Origin: Pecten maximus
Lineage: Eukaryota
Assembly: GCF_902652985.1 (NCBI RefSeq)
Contig: NC_047017.1
Coordinates: 10,974,001-11,038,000, forward strand
Direction of reading: 5' to 3'
Length of the DNA: 64,000 nucleotides
Shown here: positions 26,445-39,029 of the stretch, piece after piece
Numbering within the stretch: position 1 is the first letter of the stretch
Layout of the letters: each line of letters opens with the position of its first letter
Notes under the pieces: generated by a model
Seen by the model: the letters and a program-made list of their open reading frames with translations, nothing else
Told to the model about the DNA's origin: nothing
Database searches by the model: none
Position numbers and translations under genes: made by a program

Positions 26445-26989
26445 TACACTTGTACTCCAATCCTGGTCGTGTTCCTATAAAACAGTGATAAAGTCTACAT
26501 GTATGTCGGGATGTTTTATAAGCATCATACTTAAATACACTTATGAGATCTTATTTTCACACTCTTTCACAATTTGTTTTCTATCTTATATGATATAACA
26601 AAGAGAACATACCATTTTGCTTTGTGGATCAGATTCAAACCCAAATAGGCACAACCAGGGACCAAGGCAAAACTACATGTACAGTTTTAGACAAGGGAAA
26701 CCTATATATGAAATCTAAAAGATAACTTTTTGTGAATTAGAAATCACTATGCTCCAATTAAATTTTCAGCCATTTTGTTTACTGGGTCAGACTCAAATTC
26801 AAACTAGAACACTAACAGGTTAGCAAGGGCCCCGTTGTTTGGCAAGGGAGCAAACTATACATATCTATGATATACACATCTACCACCATATTTGCTGGAC
26901 CAACAGAAATGGAAACACTGTACTGATATGAAATAAAACTTTCATTCGATATGATGTATTTAAATCCTAAATACACCCCAGCTCCCACT

Positions 26990-27900
26990 AAAGGTCATAG
27001 TCAGAGATCCACTTTGTCCTTGACCTTTGGAACAAAATGCTTATCCTTTGGCCCAGTGACTTTGATCTTTGAAAAACTGACTTCTTGTTTAATAACGACA
27101 AATTTTGCTTCATTTGTCTTAACAAAATGTAAATCGGTGATAAAATACAAAATTTGATCTTGGCTTCTGACTCAGTGACCTTGACATCAGACGCCATGAC
27201 CTTGGCATTTAGTCAGCTGACTCATTGTTTTATTCTGAGGAACTTAGGTCAGAAATGCCATAACAAATTATTCATCAGTGAAAAGATACCTACTTTGACC
27301 TTGACCTTTGACCCAGTGACCTCAACCTCTGACTGTTAACATACTTTGACTTTTGGATAGTTGATTGTTTAATTCTGACCGATATTGCTACATAGTCTCA
27401 TAACAATAGTCAGTAATGATACAAGACTTGACCTTGACATTTGACCATTTGTCCGCTGATTCCTTATTCAATTTTGACCATTTTTTGCTTCAAAATGACA
27501 TAACAAATTGTTCGTCAGTAAAAAGATACAAAATTTGATCTTGATATTTGACATGATGACATTGACTTCTGACCCGACGGCCTTGTCAATTGACTTGTTT
27601 AATTCTTACTATCTTTGCTTCTTCATCATGTCATCAGCAAATGTTTATCAATAAAAAGATACCAAAGTTGACCTTGACCTCTGACCTTGACCATTCGTCA
27701 TTTGGTTGACTGCGTTTTATTATTCTGACCAATTCTGCTTTTTCATGTCATAGCAAAATGTTCATCAGTAAAAGATACAGAATTTGAAATTGATCTAATG
27801 ATCTGTATTTATGTTAATTGAACATCTTGATCAAATTTCATGTAAATCGGTTAATAAATACTTATCAGCCGTGAATAAAATTTACGGATTGACAGCTGGA
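26990..27900. repeat. Degenerate repeat rich in TGACCTTGACCTTTGAC motifs (second copy ~60480-61380)
   Basis: Recurrent TTGACCTTGAC and AAAAGATAC motifs at roughly regular spacing; probably an old satellite-bearing element. Confidence 0.55.
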
Positions 27901-28157
27901 CAGTGATTACTATATAAAGGGCACCCAATTATTTCCAATTCGGGTCCCTACTGAGTACAATTAGGGACAAAGGGGAACCCATATATGTAGTTTGAGAAAA
28001 GAACCTTTCGGTACTTCTCAAGAAAACAGTAATAACAAGGATTGTTTAAGGACAGACGGACAACGGACCCCAGACACAGGACGATTTGAACAGCCCACCA
28101 TCTGATGATGGTGAATAAAGAAAAGATGTGAATTTTTTTCAGTTGCTTTCATTTTGA

Positions 28158-29104
28158 TTTTTAGCTCACCTGAACCGAAGGTCCGGTGAGCTTATGTCAT
28201 GGCGCAGCGTCCGTCGTCCGTCGTCCGTCAACGTTTCCTTCAAATCGCTACTAGTCGAAAAGTTCTTAATGCATTTTGACCAAATTTGGCCAGAAACATA
28301 ATTGGCAGAAGGGGAACAGGTTTTGCATAAATGGTGACTCTGAACCCCGAGGGGCCAAAGGGGCGGGGCCCAATACGGGAAATAGAGGTAATTCCTTTAA
28401 ATCGCTACTAGTCATAAAGTTCTGAATGGATTTGAACCCAATTTGGTCAGAAACATCCTTGGCAGAAGGGGAACAGATTTTGCATAAATAGTGACTCTGA
28501 CCCCCAAGGGACCAAAGGGGCGGGGCTCAAGAGGGGAAATAGAGGTAATTCCTTTAAATCGCTACTAGTGATAAAGTTATGAATGGATTTGAACCCAATT
28601 TGGTCAGAGACATCCTTTGGGGAAAGGGAACAGATTGTGCATAAATGGTGGCTCTGACCCCAAAGGGGCCAAAGGGGCGGGGTCCAATAGAGGATATAGA
28701 GGTAATTCCTTTAAATCGCTAATAGTCATGAAGAAATGAATGGATTTGAACCCAATTTGGTCAGAAACATCCTTGGGGGAAGGGGAACAGATTTTGCATA
28801 AAAAGTGACTCTGACCCCCGAGGGGCTAAAAGGGCGGAGCCCAATAAGGGAAATAGAGGTAATGCCTTTAAATCGCTACTAGTCATGAAGTAATGAATGC
28901 ATGTTCTAAAAACAATTCTTGGGGTCTTTTAGACCTTAGAGAGTCTGGACTTCATTAATCTCTAAAGCAGTTCGGATCCCCACACTATAACCATATATAG
29001 CATTGTTAGAGATTTACAAATAAAACAAATAGAATATGAACATTATTTTGACATTTGGTCTAACCCAACCAGGTGAGCGATACAGGCCCCATGGGCCTCT
29101 TGTT
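28158..29104 (+). mobile_element. HINE-like Helentron derivative with internal 157-bp satellite array
   Basis: 5' TTTTAGCTCACCTG, inverted GGTGAGCT, (GTCC/GTC)n, 157-bp units (ATAGAGGTAAT at ~28382, 28539, 28696, 28853), 3' CAGGTGAGC and hairpin GGCCCCATGGGCC-TCTTGTT. Confidence 0.85.
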
Positions 29105-30180
29105 ACAAGTTACAGACGTTTCACGCAACTGGAACTAGTATTCAGTATGACTAGAACAGGAGAATATTGTGATTGTACAAGTATTTCTAGGATATATTTT
29201 TCTATTGAAAATAAATACATTTATACAATTACAATTTTATATAGGAAAGAATTTTCATTTTTGTGAGCCGTAATTTTTTGGAATTGTCCCGAACAGAAGC
29301 ACACAATTTTGAATTAATGATAATTAAGTTACATTCAGAAGAAAAGTAAGATACCAAAATATAATATTTTAACAATGCTCGATATATTAAAGATAAACAT
29401 TCATTTTTCTTTTACTCCGTTCATTCTTTCAAATGTTTTAAGTGTCGATAAAGCGTTATGTGTTTCTTGTAAAGGCATCCACTTTCGTTTTCTATATATC
29501 TATCATTGTTATATGACATAACTACAACTAGCCCGAGTTTCCACTGTCCCTGCCACCATGTAAGGTATCTCACGCCCGATTTAATTTCATCTGCATCAAA
29601 TTCCACGTTTTCATATAATACTGTGCCCTTTCCCTACACCAGATGACGACAAGACCACAGAGTAAACTCAGGCTAAACTACAATATGTTAATTTGCTCGC
29701 ATTTTAGCGGATAATGAATAAAGTATATGATTAATTTGTGTACTTGGTTAATATTATAAATAAGTCATACTTACATCTTTTGATATATATTGTATTCGGC
29801 GCTGTACCCCAAGCATTCGATCTACCGCCTCCGCGAGGTCATGATACGACAGGATTATACCGGGACGCGATATACCAGAGTTACTTCCCTTCAAGTTGAC
29901 AGCCGATGAGACCGAAAATACAAAAAAAATATTATCAAAAGAAATGAAGATAAAATATACCACATGTTATTGTTGTTCTCTCTTTAAGATTAAAAAAAAA
30001 CATTATTTGTGTTTTATAAGATAAGTTTATATCCGATTCAGGACTTAAAGTTCTCTATATACCTTACAACGAGTTTTAGGTAACCTTTGAAAGTCACGAC
30101 GAGATTAGTCCTAATACTAGTTATAGTTATTGTGTTAAAAGCTTATAATCTTAAAATCTCTCTTTTACTTTCTACTTCAG

Positions 30181-33100
30181 GAAATGGTGCTGAAACTCTA
30201 AATACTAGACACCCTGTATCTGTCCTGGATGATATATACTACAGACCGGTCTCCTTAGGTAAACCTATTACGTGTTATTATATTAGTCAGCAACACAGCT
30301 GATTGTTCTGAATCCATTAATTTCATTATGTTGTACATGTCTGTATTTTATCATAATATTCTCTCAGCATATTGAAGTCTCTTCAATTTCAAATACTATC
30401 ATGTACATGACCTCTTGATAATGCCTTTTAAGATAATGAAACAATGCTAAATTATGTAACCTCATAAGAATTCAATAAGATTTAGCATATTAAGATCACG
30501 GGAAGACGTGTTTGATTATTATTTACATTGTATATGTCTAATGGTTCTGTTGCCACCACCCGACTCTCATTTGAGATTGTTATTTAAGCCTATGTCGTCG
30601 ATGAAGCAGAAGACGGTCACTCTCGCGGAGCGCATGGTCTTATTGGCCAAATCCAAGTTTTGTCTTTATTTTGTGCTCTTAAAATCGACTTTCAGCTTGA
30701 CTAAAGGTTTCTTATTATGTGGTATTCATTGTTGTTTTTGGAACGTTTACATTCTTGTCATTCGATGACAGGTTTCACAATTGATCTGCTTAATATAGAT
30801 TAAAACCTATGTATTCATCAAATCATTCCATTGTAAAGTTGCATGTATATTTCAGTTGATGTGTTTGTGTGCAATGTTGCTGATAAGAAAAAGACCGCCA
30901 AGCTTATCCAGTAAGTAATGGATGTTTGAATTGACATAAACGGTAATTTACAGTCCTTAACACCATGTGTTAAGGGTAAGTGTTTTTGTGACTGCTGCTA
31001 AAGCATTTTCATGTTCAAAATATTTCGGGTTGGTTGAGGATTGACGGTGCAGACACATGTTAAGTTATCCTTCTAAGAAATCGAATGAACAGGTAACAAA
31101 AGTCTGCAATATCTCACTGCATTTTTTAAGAGACAAATAATTCTGTATCCCTGTAGAATGGCGGTGATCTTTTTACTTATGTTTGGGGACATTGAAAACT
31201 CTAAGGATAAGGTCGGTCGTATCCCATTGTAGGGCGGTAATGGTATGTGACTTAAAGTCGGATCCCATTTTAGAGCGGTCATATTATGTGACCAAACATC
31301 CGGCTTATCAGATTTGTTTGTTTGTGGGGGTTGGAGGGGGATATTTCTGTATTATTTCAAAATTATTTATTTCAGGTGCCTCAAAAAAGAATTTCCATTA
31401 CCTAATTTTTGTCATCTAAAGCGGGTACGAGCAGTGAAAGGTGAGTGTTTCGGTGTAAAGGGAGAAAGCGAAGACAGACTTTATCAAATAGAACACTGTA
31501 ATTAATGCATTGGGGACAAGTATAACTTCTTAAGGATAAAAAAACCAATTGACATAGTATTGATACATATCTGGTAAACAGAATTTAAAATCCTTGAAAG
31601 AATTCTTTTAGACAATAAGTATTCCTAAAAATGACGACATTAGATGTGTTGAAGGTATGAGCTTCGTTTAATGTAAAAGAAAGGACTTACCTTTTTAAAA
31701 TTTTGATTTTATGAACATCATATAAGAGAGAAGGAGTTCCCAATAAGAAAACTTCTGTTTGAGAATTCCTTAGAAGTTATAGCTATATAAGTACATACAT
31801 ACAAATGATTATTTTTAGATTCGCCCTTACAAGCTATCATTTGTGATGGGTCTTGTGACATTGACAAGGTCATAATTACCTTATCTGAATCTCAGGATTA
31901 CTCGACCTTGTCAAAGCCCTTCAAGGTCAAGGTACCAACGTCGATGCCCTTGACCAGACAGCAGTACGAGGAATCCATTTTGTACTGGCCTGTTAATTTT
32001 CATGAAGACAAAAGGTTTGTTTATTCTCTTGATTTCCTTACAATCTTATACAACAGAGTAAATATAGTTTACACGTAAATATTGACTCTCCAAACTGTTG
32101 TTTTGTAGTTATAGTGTTGATTTTAATATCCCTGTGTTGAAGTTAGGTAAACCTTAACAGGGACAGTGTTTTATGAGAATATTTACCTTAATGATCAGTT
32201 ACACTATGTTCGGTGTTTTAGAGACTTGAAATGCTTTGTTATAGCATCACCAAGGCTTTAACGAAGCAGTTATTCAACACAGAGGAAGTTGACAGAATTT
32301 ACTGTTATATGGAAGAGGCAATAGCGATGGCAAAAATTGGCGTTGAATCCAAACAGGTAGGTTTTTCAAAGAGTATACTCATGTCAGATGTGCATGTACT
32401 TACAGTGTACTTACAGTATAGTTGTTATATCCAACAAGAGTTATTCCCCTTTGTGTAACAGCTACAAATTTTGCGATCTCAAATTATTAAGTGCAGAGTA
32501 GCTGTAATTGAATTAAATGAAAATGTGATAAAGACTTTACACAGTGGTCCTGTAGATGATGAATGCGAGTGTGTTTTTAGAGCCAACCAATATTGAATAA
32601 AATGTTTGTGTAATACGTTTTTGTGGATTTTAGGTCATCTGACCCAAAATGTCAAGATGACCTATAGCCATCGTGTTCCGTCCGTCGTCGTCCGCCGTCC
32701 GCCTTGCGTAAACCTTTTTCTTTCAAAACGCTACTCCTCCTTAACCCTTGGTGGATTACTTCCAAATTTTGTTTCAAGCATCATTGGGGGAGGGCAATCA
32801 TATTTTTTATAAATGAGACTGGTCTGACACCTGGGGCCCGAGGGGCGGGGCACCAAAGGGGAACTTTGGTGAATATTTGCTATAAAATCCTACCCCTTCT
32901 TTACCCTTGGGTGAATTACAACTAAATTTGGTGTGAAACATCATTGGGGGAGGACAATCATATTTTATATAAATGAGGCTGGTGTGAGCTCAGGGGCCCG
33001 AGGGGAGGAGCCCCAAAAAGGGAACTTTGGTGAATTTTTGCTTTAAAATCCTACTCCTCCTTAACCCTTTGGTGGATTTCATCCAAATGATGTGAAAAAT

Positions 33101-35628
33101 CACTGGGGGAGGGCAATCATATTTTATATAAATGAGGCTGGTGTGAGCCCCGGGGTCAGAGGGGCTGGGCCCCAAAAAGGGAATTTGGTGAATTTTTGCT
33201 TTAAAATCCGACTCCTTAACCCTTTGATGGATTTCATCCAAATTTGGTGTGAAAAAGCATTGGGGGAGGGCAATCTGACCCCTGGGGCAACAGTTGCGGG
33301 GCCCCGAAAGGGGAACGTTAGTAAATTATTGCTTTAAAACCCTACTCTTCTTGGTTGGATTACATCCAAATTTGGTTTGATTATTCTAAGAGGGTGGCAA
33401 TCACACTTTTTATAAGTGGTGCTTATGGGGCCCCTGGGGACAGAAGGGCGAGGCCCCAAAAGGAGAACTCAACAAAAAGTTTGCTTTAAAATTGTACTCC
33501 TTCTTAATGCCTTAATTGATTACAGCAATATTTAGTATGAAACGTCATTGGGGAAGGCAAATCCCTAATTGCTATAATTGAGGCTTGTTCGACCCATTGG
33601 GATAGAGGGACATGCCCCAAAAATGGGAACTTGGCTGAAATTTTGCTTTAAGATACTGCTCCTCCTTTAAGCCAAAAAGGATAAAAACCAGATTTGATCT
33701 GAAACATAACTGCCTGCATATAAATAATTCATGGTAATGATGCTGGATTGAGGGGTGTGTCCCCGCTGTAAGTGTTTGTCAGATGACTGTTAAGGCCAAT
33801 GGACCTCTTGTTGTGTTTTAGTTTCCTATAGGTGCAGTGGTAGTGGATCCCGACCAGAATGAAGTGATCGCTAAAGGTTACGACCTTCGACACGGCTCTC
33901 ATCCATTGCAGCATGCTACCATGGTGACCATTGACCTTGTGGCAAGGGCACAGGGTGGAGGGATGTGGCCTTTGGAAGGTATCTAATTACTATGTACATT
34001 GTCAGGTCTCCTGTCCCATGATGTCTTTCAACAGAGTTCAGACCATTTTTATATAAAAAAAATCTCAACATCATTTTAGCACAACCAAACAGTCCTCCCT
34101 TTGTGTATATCAGAAAATAGCATGTTAAAGGTGAGTGTCCTTTCCTACCAGACACTACGGCTGTTATGACGGTTTTTATCTCAATATCAAAGTTTGTTAA
34201 CAGAACATCCTCCATCTCTATCACACTTTACCAAACATTTCTAAATTGTGTAAGATCACGTTTGATCAAATACATTAAACTCAGTAATTATGACCCGCTA
34301 ATTATGGCCTGTTTATTTCGAAACCCAAATCATTTTTTTACCTTACTAGATATTAACGTGTTATTCCCTGTGCGTCTTCCTCAGGTTATAAGTCAATGTA
34401 CTACAGATCTCCTGACGATAGTCTGAAGTCAACACCTGTCACATATCCAGTTCTCCAGTCAACACCCGTCACATGTCCAGATATCAAGTCAATACCCGTC
34501 ACATGTCCAGATATCCAGTCAACACCCGTCACATGTCCAGATATCAAGTCAATACCCGTCACGTGTCCAGATATCAAGTCACATGTCACATGTCCAGATA
34601 TCAATAAAAAGTTCATTAAATCTGGTCAAACAACAGGCAGTGGTCATTGTTCTAAGACCAGTAGTGACCTCATTGGAACAGAGACTGATGAAGTGAAAGA
34701 GAAGACTGGACCGTACCTGTGTACCGGTTACGACATCTATCTGACCAGGGAGCCGTGTGTTATGTAAGTACAGGTAGATTTGTACCTTTGTACCGGTTAC
34801 GAAATCTATCTGACCAGGGAGCCATGTGTTATATAAGTACAGGTAGATTTGTACCTATGTACCGGTTACTACATCTATCTGACCAGGGACCCGTGTGTTA
34901 TGCAAGTACAGGTAGATTTGTACCTGTGTACCGGTTACTAGATCTGTCTGACCAGGGAGCCGTGTGTTATGTAAGTATATGTAGATTTGTACCTATGTAC
35001 CGGTTACTACATCTGTCTGACCAGGGAGCCGTGTGTTGTGTGAGTACAGGTAGATTTGTACCTATGTACCGGTTACTACATCTGTCTGACCAGGGAGCCG
35101 TGTGTTATGTAAGTACAGGTAGATTTGTACCTATGTGCCGGTAATGAAATCTATCTGACCAGGGAGCCGTGTGTTATGTAAGTACAGTTAGATTTGTACC
35201 CATGTACCGGTAACGAAATCTATCTGACCAGGGAGCCGTGTGTTATGTAAGTACAGGTAGATTTGTACCTATGTACCGGTTGCGACATCTGTCTGACCAG
35301 GGAGCCGTGTGTTATGTAAGTACAGGTAAAACACAAGTCATTCCAGGTTTTCATTTCTTTGTAACACTATACCATCGAAATTCACATCAATGTTAAATAA
35401 AAATGTGCCTGTACGTTAGATACTTTCTCTCATAATTCCAGGTGCGCTATGGCCCTCGTTCATTCCCGGATAGGACGTGTCTTCTATGGAAGTCCATTTC
35501 CTCAGGAAGGAGCGCTCGGATCAAAATACAAGCTTCACACTCAGACAGGTCTCAACCACCACTACCAAGTCTTCTGTGATGTGTTGGAAGCTGAGTGTGG
35601 ACATCTGTACGACGCAGCTGTAACATAG
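30181..35628 (+). CDS. ADAT3: ADAT3 copy 3 (open frame, but no in-frame ATG in first visible exon)
   Basis: Exons 30181-30258, 30856-30910, 31376-31440, 31819-32014, 32245-32356, 33822-33978, 34385-34763 and 35442-35628, all GT-AG and in frame. Confidence 0.85.
32628..33812 (+). mobile_element. HINE-like element in ADAT3 copy 3 intron 5
   Basis: Near-identical to 16191-17375 and at the same position. Confidence 0.8.
34714..35328 (+). repeat. 69-bp exon-end/donor minisatellite, 9 units
   Basis: 615 bp = 9x69 minus the final GATTTG. Confidence 0.97.
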
Positions 35629-37067
35629 GGCATAGTCTTCCTTTACTACTGGGTTACACTGACATGTTCTATATGGTGACCAATCAAGCTACAGGGTGTA
35701 GATATTATTGACCAATTCAGTTACAGGATGTGATCATCCTTGACCAATTAAGTGACAGGATGTATATATTATTGACTAATTTAGTTACAAAATATGGTCA
35801 TCCTTGGCCAATTAAGTGACATGATGTAGACATTCTTGACCAATTAAGTGATAGAATGTAGGTATTCTTGACCAATCAAGTTACAGGATGTGGACATCCT
35901 TGTTCGGTGAAGTTACAGAATGTGGACATTCATGACCTGTCAAGTTACAGGAGAAAGACATAATATTTTATTTGATGGCTAATTGAAGGATGTTGACAAT
36001 CTGGACCTGTGCAGTTTAATGATAAGATTAAGGGACACATGTTTCATCAGAAATTACTCTGGTCGAAAGTTTCTAAGGACCGGATATGCAAAATGTATGT
36101 TTTATACAATAAAATTTACAAATTAGATAGATTTGAATGTTTACTGAACATATTCATACCCGTATCTGGAGCTAAAAAGAATTAGCTAGGCCTCTGAGGA
36201 AGACTTTGAGAAGGATTAGATAGGTCTATGTGGTAAGACTACATTAATGGTTCATGCATCGGCGATGGGGGTCTCGTCGGATACCCACAGTTGATTGCAC
36301 TACTGTAAACGCTGAAATTTACGCGAGGGGAGAATTTACGCTAATTTCTCATTTTGTTCGTAAAAATTTCCCCCACGCTTGTTATTTTGATATCAATTTG
36401 CGTAATCTTAAACTACGAAAGTAGATCGATCTCGAAAATTACCCCCACGCGTATAGTTTACATATTAAAATCGCGAAATTAACCCTCCGCGAAAATAATC
36501 ACATTGACAGTATACAATACGCTACACTGTCAACCTTCCGTAATTGTGGGGAAGGCAATTCCTCGACTTTAAACATTTCATTGAAAAACATTACAGAATA
36601 TGAGTAAAGTTTCCTTAACACTGGTGTCTTAAGGGATGCTCTTCAGGTAAGGAATATTGATGAAGCCACATGGACTTGGCTCAAATGTCCAACCTTTGGC
36701 CTTCATCATGTATATTATATGTATCATACAATACATGTTTTGGAATTTTCCGACTCCGTGTAACGGACACATATTTAAGATCCTGTGTTTTAAGAACTTT
36801 CTGTGTTGGAAAGAAGAAGTTGAAAAGTGTTAAACTGTTAAATCATATCAATACAATAATCATCCACACCACCTATGGGGAGCCAGATCCATTGTTAAAC
36901 ATAGTAAGATCCCCTTCATCCAATGTTTGCTTCGGATCAAATTTGGACAGAATAATTTCATTTTGGATACTGTTCCTCAATTTTAGCTGACCAAGCCCTC
37001 AGTTAATGCTAAAGAGCTTACAATGTTTTAATTCATGTGGTAACGCGAATGATGTATTAGAATCGAT

Positions 37068-37400
37068 CTTCCATGTATCTGGTGTGTCGTCGCTCGTGGA
37101 CTGTCCTTAGTCACAGTGAACACATTGCCTCCTAAACAGACAATGAATTCCCCATTTATATACACTATACCGTAACACCGTTTGTCGATGTTTATTTCGA
37201 ATGCCAGAATAAGTTTAGAGGGTGCGACTGTTACTAAACATAAATGTACATAGCGACCGTCATGGCGGTGTTGTCAACCATACACATGTCATGGACTTCC
37301 GTTCACCTTCAATTCGTCCATAACATTTCCTTCTGTGTCGATCAACTTGATTTTATCGTTTCTGTCTTCTCCCACCACAATTCGTCCAACTGGTAGGTTA
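37068..37400 (-). pseudogene. Degenerate NHL fragment
   Basis: Homologous to the TRIM NHL region; disrupted. Confidence 0.8.
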
Positions 37401-39029
37401 ACAGGTGTTTTTTTTTTTTTTTTTTTTCCTTTTTTGGAATTCCCTGTTACACTTGGTGTAATAGCTAATGTCTTATTATCATTATTGTGATGTCATATTG
37501 CAGTCTAAATTGTTTGTCAATGAAATTTCATAATCGCCTAATAGGCCATTTAAAATAATAAACAAAAAGAAATAAACGATATGATAGAACTCACCATTAT
37601 TTATTCATTTGAACATTCCATTAGTTTTTTTATGTCATGTTCTCAACAAAAAATCCTTTGAAAACTTAATTGATACAATGGCAAGTATATGTGTTTAGAA
37701 AAAGAACCTTCCAAAACATAAAAAGATGTGTGTACTCCATCTATAGCCTATCATGTATTTAGTAGTATACTGTATACCATTATACCCAAGTAACCATATA
37801 TATACTGATATTAGTGCATGCATATTGTTTTGTTTGTAAAACACAATGTTACTTTCATCAGACCATTATGATATAATAATATATATTATATCACCCTCAC
37901 AATATCAACAGTAGTATTTCAATCATTATTCCTAAAGATTTTAAACTGAAACAATACATCAGACAAATATCTTTAAGCATGATATTGTTGCATCATTCTT
38001 TTAAGGCGATATGTTAACTCACTTTGCAATCATACAATTTAATAATGACCCATACAACTTTCAACGATGGAACCTCTCGAACAGTCTCTATGGTTAAAAT
38101 GACAATAAATTAATAAAGTTTTATTATTGACAAAATACATTAATAAAGTATTATTATCGACACAATACATTAATAAAGTATTATTATCGACACAATACAT
38201 TAATAAAGTATTATTATCGACATAATACATTAATAAAGTTTTATTATCGACACAATGTGCCTCATGGCCACCTCTCTGTGTCCACAGTTACCATGACAAT
38301 ACACTAGTTAAAGTTTTAATGTTGAAGTGATGGCTGGTATTTTCCCATTAAGATGAATTCAGCCAAAGTCTGTTAATTCCCTCTTGTTTGTCAATGGTCC
38401 TCAAAAGATTAAGGAAAAAATACACACACAAACACTTCAATATTGCATTAAGTAGCTTTGGAATATTCATATTATATCCTTTGTAAAATATGAAAATCTC
38501 TAAGCCTTCGCAACGAAGTGGTTATTTGGTAGGCCTATGGGGAACAGGTTTTGCGTACATGATGACATATAAATGTATATAAATTGAAAATAGTTAAAAA
38601 CTGACACAGACAGAAATGAGGGCTGCCGACTGTGTGTATAAACATATTATATATACATAGTAACACAATTGACGAAGGAAGGCAACTTGATGACTCGTGC
38701 CCTTACCGGGCCTCGAAGTCACGATCTACAGCACCCTTTATATATATATATATGACAATTTACTTGTCTGTACTGTCGTTGTTACTACTTGACAAATTAT
38801 ACATGTATGTCCACACTGTTAAGTAATTCGTATCCTGCATACGAACTTTTTCCAAGGATCCAGTGTTACCCGGATTATAACCGCTAATATTACTTTTTTG
38901 ACCCATATATATATGTAATGTACACACAATAAAATTATGTTACACAAACAACATCGAATGAAATAACCAAATTCCAATGGCAGACATCAAGCGAATGCGA
39001 TACTAGATGTTGAGTCATTGTATAACGAG

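Noticed and set aside
29551-29566. Kozak-like GCCACCATG as the missing ADAT3 start exon in B spacers
   Set aside because: It is followed immediately by TAA. The possible donors give either the wrong phase or an in-frame stop before the next exon.
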